A DNA stretch of 64,000 nucleotides, taken from positions 28,941-92,940 of the IMG/VR virus record IMGVR_UViG_3300027902_000008. The stretch is one strand, 5' to 3'. A program made the position numbers and the translations under genes. Below, piece by piece: positions 1 through 7,601 of this stretch; the first letter of the stretch is position 1; every line of letters starts with the position of its first letter. The DNA is from a virus. The notes under the pieces are model-generated. The model saw nothing but the letters and a program-made list of their open reading frames with translations, did no database searches and had not been told where the DNA came from.

Positions 1-148
1 GAATTAACTTACTGCCTTCAAGATTATACTAAGTTTTTTGATAAAAAAACGCAACTTCATTATGGTCAGGCAACAAAGCAGATGGAGGTTAAGACTGTCA
101 AATTGAATAAAAAATCAATGAAAAAACTTAAAGAATGGGAGGATAAAA

Positions 149-556
149 ATGGAAACTCAAAGAGAAAAGATAATGGATGAGATAGAGTTTGGGGATTTTG
201 TTTTAAAGTATGAAGAAGAGATAAATAAGATTCAAGATATGATTAGGCAGCCATTTGAAAATGAAGTTAATGCCATTGAAAAACAAATTGGTAATTTAAG
301 TGCTAAGATGGAATTTATATCTTGGTGTTTGGCACGAGCTAAAGAACTTCTTATAAATGCACAACACAGGGCATTAATACCAAAGAGAAAAGATATTACT
401 GATACTGATAGGCGTTTGGCTCTTGATTTTAGCACTTCCAAGGAAACATTGCTTGTTAACTGGCTTGAAGGTGTAGATGAGAAAATAGGCAAATATCTTG
501 ATAAATTGCAAAGTGTTCTATCAACAGAAAGAGCCATATATGAGAAGGCAGGATAA
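149..556 (+). CDS. Helical hypothetical protein (possibly UvsY-like recombination mediator)
   Basis: GGAGG RBS; 135-aa all-helical sequence; the UvsY resemblance is only an impression. Confidence 0.35.
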   Translation: METQREKIMDEIEFGDFVLKYEEEINKIQDMIRQPFENEVNAIEKQIGNLSAKMEFISWCLARAKELLINAQHRALIPKRKDITDTDRRLALDFSTSKETLLVNWLEGVDEKIGKYLDKLQSVLSTERAIYEKAG

Positions 557-663
557 ATGAAAAAGCATAGAATATTGTATCAGTTAAAGAAGACAAGGTT
601 TCTTAATCCAAAAGTTAGGAGGGGTGGTAATGTTAAAAATAGACGAGATGTGGAAGGAGGGGT

Positions 664-1071
664 ATGCCAAGCGGAGTCTACATTAGGACTGCATATCACA
701 TAGAGATAAACAGGGAAAGCCATAAAGGGATAACTTCGGCAAATAAAGGTAAGTTTGGCGATAAAAGCTCAAAATGGAAAGGGAAATTTATAAATCATAA
801 TGGTTATACTATGGTTTATTGCCCAAACCACCCATATGCTATATCATCAAGAGTGTATCAACATCGTTTAAAAATTGAGAAGTGCATTGGAAGATATTTA
901 TTACCTGAAGAAGACACGCACCACTTGAATGGAATAAAAACTGATAACAAGCTTAGAAATCTTATGGCATTTTCTAACCACTCTGCTCATATAAGATTTC
1001 ATAAAAATCCTAATAATGTTAAAGCAAGAGAAATTATTTTTAATGGGAGGAAGTATGCTAAAAATAACTGA
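664..1071 (+). CDS. HNH homing-type endonuclease
   Basis: VYQHRL..E..IGR.L...E..HHLNGIKTDN...NL HNH motif; basic N-terminus MPSGVYIRT. Confidence 0.85.
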   Translation: MPSGVYIRTAYHIEINRESHKGITSANKGKFGDKSSKWKGKFINHNGYTMVYCPNHPYAISSRVYQHRLKIEKCIGRYLLPEEDTHHLNGIKTDNKLRNLMAFSNHSAHIRFHKNPNNVKAREIIFNGRKYAKNN

Positions 1072-3082
1072 AATGTTCGCATTCATAGCGGAAAATAAAG
1101 AAGGAGAAGGAGTTATGGGTGTAGGTAGTCCAATGGGTCTTGTGCCTTTGGTTGGTGCTGATATGACAAGGATTAAGAGCCTTTATCCCATAGCCTTAGA
1201 TGTTAGCAAGATAACAGGAATACCTTTCAGGGTGGTTAAGTTTACCAATAGACAAGATATTACTGAAGAGGTTAAAAATGCGTATAGTAATGAAAAAAGG
1301 TGATTTTAGATTTGGTAAATCACAAAACGGAGTAGTGATAGTATTCAGGAAATCTATACTTGATATAGAAAGGTCTGGATTAAAGTATGAAGACCAAGAC
1401 GTATCTACGCAGTGGTCTTGTGAAATTTTGAATGGAAAGATAGGTATGGTTCATTTGGAGGTTTGCTGGGATAAGTTTAATGAAGCTGTTATCATTCCTT
1501 TTGATGTCAAGGAGCCTGAGATAAGAGTTATATGTAGGCAGGTGGCTACTGATAAAAGGATTAACTTCGCAAATGTAGATTTTCTTGAAGAAGCAGTTGG
1601 GGGGATTAGTAAGGGATTATATGCTGAAGTTAATAGAAATCAAGTATTAGATTGGCTTGATGCTGAAGATTCTGGTGCATTTATGAATATCTGGTTTAGG
1701 AATAATCCTCAAAGCACTTAGGAGATTAATATGGAATTTACTGTTGATGATTATATTTTAGGTATGTGGTTTGCTGAGGCTCCTAATGGAGACAACTGGC
1801 AAATGACAATAATCAAGAGAGATGGTAAGTGGTTAGGAGAATATAGATTCAGATATAAGAAAGATGATAAGGTATGGCATTCAAACGATAGGAAAAGTTT
1901 CTATAACTTTAAAATACCAGAAGAAGAAACTGAAGAGGAAGTATTAAAGAAAATGGAAGTATTTTTTGATGTTATCAAAATACAATATCCAAGGGGTGAG
2001 TTTATATCAATAAAAGGAGACTTTAATAAGTTTATCTTTAGAATGGCACAAGAGCCTTGGTTTAATATAAAGAAAATATCTCAGGAAGATTTTGAAAAGG
2101 AATATGGCAAGGAAGGAGGGCAAGATGGTGAAATATAAATATGTTCCATTAAAGTCTTTATTTAAATCCTATTCTAAAACTCTAATATGGATTTTAAATA
2201 CTTTGCTTCAATCATTACTTTATTCAATAGCACAAAAACAGGTAACTCTATTTTTTATGGCTTTTGGATTAGGAATGATGTTATCTGATTATATGTGCGA
2301 AAGATTGCATAGTAATGAATGGATAAGAAGGCATATTGATGATGAGTTTAATAAGGCTCTGCTTCTAATTGAGGCAGAAAAGATAAAGAATGGAGACTAA
2401 TATGGAAACATTTCATAGTGAACACGCCTTTGAAATTAAGAAAACCAAAGAACAATTTGGCTTAACGTTTTCTAAGGGTGCTTGGGAAATGATGATGAGT
2501 GCTATAGTTCATTGGTTAGGAAAACAAGTATTTGACCACTGGGCTACAAAACATTTGAAAATAAAGATAGTTATTGATGGAGAATACAATCCAGAAGAAA
2601 AGCCCAAAAAAGGAGGGGACAATGGTAAAGAAAATTGATTTTAAAAATTACATTGGAGAAGGTGCTGTTAAGATGGAGGAAGCAGATGGCACAAGGAGAT
2701 GTAGATGTGGTAATAAGATTCTCAAAGGTGAAAAACATACGGTTATTTATTCTCCAAATGGAAGATTTCAACCAAAAAGATATAACTTCTGTAGACAATG
2801 TTCTGTAGGCTTGCTTATTGCTGAGAGCCAGAGGTTATTTGATATAGAAACTAAGATGTTTGGACAAGGAGGGGCTTGATGTCAAGAATTAAAGCCAAAA
2901 ATAGAGGAAAGTGTCCTTATTGTGGAAGTATTGGATTCTGGATGTCTAAGTCAAAACTTGCTTGTGCAATACTCAAAATGATAGGATTCGGCAGTAAGAA
3001 GTCTATTTATAGTGATGGAAACTTCTCTAAAGAAGAGATGTTTGCCATCTATGAATACTTAAGAACCATACATTCTTCATAG
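1056..3082 (+). other. Run of small overlapping hypothetical phage ORFs
   Basis: Tightly packed + strand ORFs with SD sites (1056-1303, 1278-1721, 1731-2138, 2390-2638, 2876-3082 etc.); several CxxC motifs. Confidence 0.7.
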
Positions 3083-3089
3083 GAGAAAA

Positions 3090-3950
3090 ATGAAGACTTT
3101 TTTGTTTGAGCCTATACTTAATATACCAGAGCAGAAGATTGGTAAATGGGAAATAAAGCATAAATTAATTAAAGCAGGGGAAGAGATAACGATTGTATCT
3201 GTTCGTGATGCTATATTTAGTGGTAAGAAATCTCAAAAAGCTATTGTTGATAATCCAATTATTGTCCATCAACTTTATGGAGACGGCGGTTTATGGATGT
3301 CAGATAGCCCACAAGAAAATGAAGGGCAAAGAGATATAGTAGAGAAATGCAAAGGTAATGTTTTAATCGGTGGCTTAGGATTAGGTTATATAGCCTCTAT
3401 GCTTGATAGAAAGAAAAATGTTAAATCTATAACAGTAGTTGAGTTAGAGAAAGATGTTATAAGCCTTGTATGGAAACATTTAAATTTAAAGAAATCTGAA
3501 ATTATTCATATGGATTTATTTGATTATCTTAAAAGCACCAAAAAGAAGTTTAACTGGGTTTATTATGATATTTGGACTCCAACAGGAGAAGATATACTTT
3601 ATACTCATATTAGACCTCTGAAGACATTATCTAAGGGCAAGGTTCCATTTAAGCATATTCTTTGTTGGTCTGAAGCCACTATGTTAGGTCAGATGATGTT
3701 AAACTTACATACTACTATACAAATAGGATATGATAAACAACTGGGTATTGTAAGATTATCTGAAAAGGAGTTTCAAGATTACTACCATCTTAGTAGGACT
3801 ACTTGGGCTTATTATAATTGGTTCAGGCAAATGAAACCAGATAATGACTTTGCAGTAATAATGGCTAAACATTATGTTTCTACCTATACGGATTATGATG
3901 AGTGGATTAAGATTTGGGGTAAATGGGATAAGAAGGAGGTGAAATTATAA
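3090..3950 (+). CDS. Class I SAM-dependent methyltransferase-fold protein (spermidine-synthase-like)
   Basis: VLIGGLGLGY motif I, ITVVE motif II, D...Y and YDIW. Confidence 0.7.
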   Translation: MKTFLFEPILNIPEQKIGKWEIKHKLIKAGEEITIVSVRDAIFSGKKSQKAIVDNPIIVHQLYGDGGLWMSDSPQENEGQRDIVEKCKGNVLIGGLGLGYIASMLDRKKNVKSITVVELEKDVISLVWKHLNLKKSEIIHMDLFDYLKSTKKKFNWVYYDIWTPTGEDILYTHIRPLKTLSKGKVPFKHILCWSEATMLGQMMLNLHTTIQIGYDKQLGIVRLSEKEFQDYYHLSRTTWAYYNWFRQMKPDNDFAVIMAKHYVSTYTDYDEWIKIWGKWDKKEVKL

Positions 3951-3974
3951 TTTAATTAGCACTCTATTTCAGAG

Positions 3975-4030
3975 AAGGGCAGGAAACTTTAAGAACTACA
4001 TCATAATGAAAGCCACGGATTCCTGCCCTT
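3975..4030 (+). repeat. Perfect 11-bp inverted repeat (intergenic hairpin)
   Basis: AAGGGCAGGAA 3975-3985 / TTCCTGCCCTT 4020-4030. Confidence 0.75.
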
Positions 4031-4267
4031 ACTAATTTTAGGAGGTTAATATGGTGAAGCCAAATGAGAAATTCCATTCCTGTGATTGTGATATGAGATA
4101 TATCAGAGAAGGAGATAGCACTGAAACCATCAAGGCATTCTTTCAGGCACATCCTTTTATGCTTGGTTTTTTAACTGGATTTATTTTTAAGAAAGGAACG
4201 GATACTTTTGCAAAGATTCTCCAAGAAGTTGCAGAAGAAAATTATAGAAAGAAAGGAGGCTGGGGTA

Positions 4268-4750
4268 ATGCCAATAGGAGTGTATAAGAGAACCAAAAAG
4301 CATTTAGCGAGATTAAAGAAGCAAATATTGAAATATAGTTTTTCAAAAAGTGGTAGAAAACTATCTTTTACTTCTCGCAAGAAACAAGCTAAAACTATGT
4401 TGGGACATACAGTTTCAATAGCCACCCGTAATAAAATCAGAAGAAAGCTTCTTTTGAAAGATGGAACAAGAAGAATCTATAATGGTTATGTTAATGTGTA
4501 TGACTCTAAGCATCCAAGAAGGAGAAGGGTGTTTGAACATCATCTTATCATAGAGAAATATATTAGAAGATTAATAAGGAAAGGTGAGGAAGGGCATCAT
4601 ATAAATGGCATTAAAACAGATAACCGTCCTCAAAATTTGATGTTATTTCGCAATAAAAGTGCACATACAAGGTTTGAAAATAAATTATTATTAAAGAAAT
4701 CACCGATTAAGAAGTCAGATATTATATTTGATGGAAGGCTATTGCCTTAA
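4268..4750 (+). CDS. HNH homing-type endonuclease (paralog of 664..1071)
   Basis: AGGAGG RBS before ATG 4268 (MPIGVYKRT); HHINGIKTDNRPQNL; C-terminal IIFDGR shared with the first HNH. Confidence 0.85.
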   Translation: MPIGVYKRTKKHLARLKKQILKYSFSKSGRKLSFTSRKKQAKTMLGHTVSIATRNKIRRKLLLKDGTRRIYNGYVNVYDSKHPRRRRVFEHHLIIEKYIRRLIRKGEEGHHINGIKTDNRPQNLMLFRNKSAHTRFENKLLLKKSPIKKSDIIFDGRLLP

Positions 4751-4804
4751 AAAGTATCCAATGAGAATTATGGTAATCCCAAAGGATGGGGAAGGAGATA
4801 GTAG

Positions 4805-4929
4805 GTTAGATTCTGTTCAGTTAGATTATGTTTTGGTAGATTAAATTGAGTTACTTTTAATTTCTTTGTGTTGAATTCTGTTATTTTGTTTTGTGTTGAG
4901 TTTAGTTAAGTTGCGTTACGTTGTATTAA
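4805..4929 (+). repeat. Pentamer array 1 (NTT-NN x25), candidate guide RNA
   Basis: gttag attct gttca gttag attat gtttt ggtag ... gttgc gttac gttgt attaa; 24/25 units have TT at positions 2-3. Confidence 0.9.
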
Positions 4930-4970
4930 ATAAAGTTGGAGAAAGGGCAGGTGATAGATTATGTAAATAT

Positions 4971-5105
4971 GTTGAGTTAATTTAAGTTGGTTTCGGTTGG
5001 ATTAGGTTAAGTTAATTTCGGTCAAGTTAATTTCAGTTCAGCTTTGTTGTGTTAGCTTAATTTCTTTTTGGTTCTGTTAAGCTAATTTTGGTTGGGTTGT
5101 GTTAT
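4971..5105 (+). repeat. Pentamer array 2 (NTT-NN x27), candidate guide RNA
   Basis: gttga gttaa tttaa gttgg tttcg gttgg attag ... gttgg gttgt gttat; 24/27 NTT; ends just before the RBS of the RAMP-like gene. Confidence 0.9.
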
Positions 5106-5124
5106 ATCTAAAGGGAGGATACAA

Positions 5125-5742
5125 ATGGTGAAGCAAAGTCCAGTAAAGGCAGTTGTTTTAAATGCAATAGATGTAAAATCTTTCAAGGTTTCAGTTGAAG
5201 GTATGACTCCATTTATCTCTCATAAATTTAGTGAGAGAAATATGAATCAAATGGAGGAGAAGCAAAGAAAGGAAAATACAAAAGAAAGGAAAGCGAGAAT
5301 ATCTATTGAAGATGAAGTTGCGGATTGTATTCATCGCTTAGATAACGGAAAAGTAGGTTATCCTACTGATGCTTTTTATAATGGTATGCGTGAAGTAGCT
5401 CCATATCTTACTAATATGGATAAAAAACTTGTTCAGGGTTCAGTTAAGGTTTCTGGTTCAGACGGTTGTCCGTTAGTAGAGATTAAACACTCTAAACAGG
5501 TAACACAAAAAGATTTTGTTAAACTATCATCTGGCGTTGCTGATGTTAGATATAGACCGAGATTTGAGGGATGGAGTTGTGAACTTTTCATTAGATACAA
5601 CGCTGCCCAAATTTCTCCTGAACAGATTATCACCCTTATAAATCTGGCTGGATTTCATAGAGGAATAGGAGACCATAGACCAGGTTCCCCAAAAAAGCCA
5701 GGAGATAACGGGATGTATAGAGTAAAAGAAACTGTAAAATAG
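5125..5742 (+). CDS. Stand-alone RAMP/Cas7-like RNA-binding protein (Vipr-like)
   Basis: GGGAGG RBS before ATG 5125; RAMP-type motifs in order: beta1 FKVSVEGMTPFIS, GYPTDAFYNGMR, hairpin DFVKLSSGVADVRYRPRF, C-terminal Gly-rich loop AGFHRGIGDHRPG...GDNGMYRV. Confidence 0.75.
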   Translation: MVKQSPVKAVVLNAIDVKSFKVSVEGMTPFISHKFSERNMNQMEEKQRKENTKERKARISIEDEVADCIHRLDNGKVGYPTDAFYNGMREVAPYLTNMDKKLVQGSVKVSGSDGCPLVEIKHSKQVTQKDFVKLSSGVADVRYRPRFEGWSCELFIRYNAAQISPEQIITLINLAGFHRGIGDHRPGSPKKPGDNGMYRVKETVK

Positions 5743-5752
5743 GCAACTGAAT

Positions 5753-5907
5753 TTTTGTTTACATTAGGTTTTGTTCGGTTCTGTTGCTTTTGGTTGGTTT
5801 CAGTTCCATTATTTTCATTTAAGTTTTGTTGTTTTAAGTTCTGTTGGGTTGAGTTACGTTTTGTTTCGTTGGGTTACGTTCATTTCATTTGGGTTTTTTT
5901 GGGTTAA
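5753..5907 (+). repeat. Pentamer array 3 (NTT-NN x31), candidate guide RNA
   Basis: ttttg tttac attag gtttt gttcg gttct gttgc ... gtttt tttgg gttaa; 31/31 NTT. Confidence 0.9.
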
Positions 5908-5909
5908 GT

Positions 5910-5947
5910 GGGCAAGGGTTCAGAGATGGACTCTTGCCCTGTTTTTA
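5910..5947 (+). terminator. 13-bp hairpin with GAGA tetraloop and T-rich tail directly after array 3
   Basis: GGGCAAGGGTTCA-GAGA-TGGACTCTTGCCC (two G-U pairs) followed by TGTTTTT. Confidence 0.7.
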
Positions 5948-5966
5948 AGTTTTTAAGGAGGTATAA

Positions 5967-6464
5967 ATGGTAAAATATAAGGCAAGAGAAGGTTCAATAT
6001 TTAATGACGAACAGGCAAATATCTATGGTAAATGTGTTGAAAAGATAGAGCAGGAAAAAGGGTCTGTTAAGCCTTTAGATGTTGTTGAGGAAGGGGAAAA
6101 GACAGAATCTCCTTTACACGAATACTTTGATTGGGATGATAAATCTGCTGCTGACAAACATAGATTACAACAAGCGAGGTATTTGCTTAATCATTTGATA
6201 GTTGAGATTACGATTGAAGGTAAATCTAAAGACCAAAATGCTTTTTTCAGCGTAGATATTGATATAGAGGGTGGTAATAAAGGTTATCTGTCTTTAGGAA
6301 AAGCTTTATCTATTCCAATATACAGAGAGCAGGTTTTGGATGTTGCTTTGCGTGAATTGCAATATTGGCAAGATAAGTATAAAGACCTTAAAGAATTAAG
6401 CCTTATATTTATAGCGATTAGGAAGATGAGACAGAAGATAAATAAGAAAAAAGGAAAGCCATAA
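5967..6464 (+). CDS. Hypothetical partner protein of the RAMP-like gene
   Basis: AAGGAGGT RBS; motif P..VVE.....SPLHEYFDWDD..AA..HRLQQAR.L; flanked by arrays 3 and 4. Confidence 0.7.
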   Translation: MVKYKAREGSIFNDEQANIYGKCVEKIEQEKGSVKPLDVVEEGEKTESPLHEYFDWDDKSAADKHRLQQARYLLNHLIVEITIEGKSKDQNAFFSVDIDIEGGNKGYLSLGKALSIPIYREQVLDVALRELQYWQDKYKDLKELSLIFIAIRKMRQKINKKKGKP

Positions 6465-6472
6465 TTTTGTAA

Positions 6473-6567
6473 GTTAGGTTGAGTCGTATTACGTTGGGTT
6501 TTGTTTGTATGTGTTGGTTTTGGTTATATTTAGTTCTGTTTTGTTGTGTTGGGTTTCGTTCGGTTAT
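6473..6567 (+). repeat. Pentamer array 4 (NTT-NN x19), candidate guide RNA
   Basis: gttag gttga gtcgt attac gttgg gtttt ... gtttc gttcg gttat; 17/19 NTT. Confidence 0.9.
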
Positions 6568-6772
6568 TTAATGAAGAAATGACAGGGAGGAAAAATGAAG
6601 TTCAAAAGAGAGTTTTTAATAAGTATTAAGGCAGAAGCGAAAACAGAATTTGGAATCCAGATGATAGAAGAATCAATTTCTGTAATGTTAAACGCTTGGG
6701 TATTACATCATCGTAAAGCAAGAGGAAAATCTTCTATTATAAAATTCAATATGATAAAAAAGGAATGTTAAG

Positions 6773-7135
6773 ATGAGCTGCAAATTCAAAGACCCACAAG
6801 GCTATTGCGAACAAACCAACGGAGGTGGTTCTATAAAGTGCAAGGATAGAAGGCACTATTGCAATGAGGAGATAGATGTGCATACTTTAAAGGGTGAATG
6901 GCTAACAAGAAGGGTCTGGCTTGATGGTAAAGAACTATTCCCAGAGAGAAGCCAGAAGGTCAGAAACCATAGCCCAGATGGCTTTAATTGGAGTTACAAC
7001 GGTTCTGGACCAGCCCAGTTAGCATTGGCTATTATGCTTGAATGCACAGGCAAAGCAGAAGGCTATCAAGACTTCAAATGGAAGACAATAGCCACTTTAC
7101 CAAGAGCAGATTTTGAGATAGAATTTGAGTTATAG
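6773..7135 (+). CDS. DUF6166-like protein
   Basis: VRNHSPDGFNWSYNGSGPAQLALAI motif. Confidence 0.65.
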   Translation: MSCKFKDPQGYCEQTNGGGSIKCKDRRHYCNEEIDVHTLKGEWLTRRVWLDGKELFPERSQKVRNHSPDGFNWSYNGSGPAQLALAIMLECTGKAEGYQDFKWKTIATLPRADFEIEFEL

Positions 7136-7248
7136 GAGGATAAATGAAAAGGTTTTGGATTGAGGTGTTTATAAAATTCTTATTGGTTATAACAATCACT
7201 TTTACATTGGCTATTTTAATAGTGAAACATAGTAAATAAGGAGAATAA

Positions 7249-7572
7249 ATGAGGCTTATTAAAATACCATTCCCAGTTATGGATATGGTGCCATTTCCAG
7301 ACTCGGAAGAATTAGAAGTCTTTACTGCTGATAATGGGAAAATAGGCATATTAAAGTCAATTGATAATACTCCTAAATGGGGTAAGTTAAAGCACGTTTC
7401 TATCTCAAGGTCAGACCGCTATCCTTCTTGGGAAGAGATACTTGAGATTAAAGAGATGTTATTTGGGGATATAGATGTAATGATGGTTATGCCAAAGAAA
7501 GAGGATTATGTTAATGTGCATAAGAACTGTTTTCATCTTTGGCAAACACCTGAAAGATGGGAATTACAATAA
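7249..7572 (+). CDS. Conserved phage hypothetical protein
   Basis: HVSIS..DRYPSWEE...IKE..F ... YVNVHKNCFHLW, a motif I recognise from phage genomes. Confidence 0.65.
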   Translation: MRLIKIPFPVMDMVPFPDSEELEVFTADNGKIGILKSIDNTPKWGKLKHVSISRSDRYPSWEEILEIKEMLFGDIDVMMVMPKKEDYVNVHKNCFHLWQTPERWELQ

Positions 7573-7601
7573 GGAGGCTAATGTGGAATTAAGGGAAATG
7601 A

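Noticed and set aside
5771-5956. 61-aa F/V/L-rich ORF, and the 5092 TTG extension of the RAMP-like gene
   Set aside because: These are translations of the T-rich pentamer arrays with no RBS; the real start is ATG 5125 after GGGAGG.
4805-6567. Canonical CRISPR array or simple microsatellite
   Set aside because: There are no 25-40-nt direct repeats with spacers, and the units are not identical: the scaffold is fixed while NN varies.
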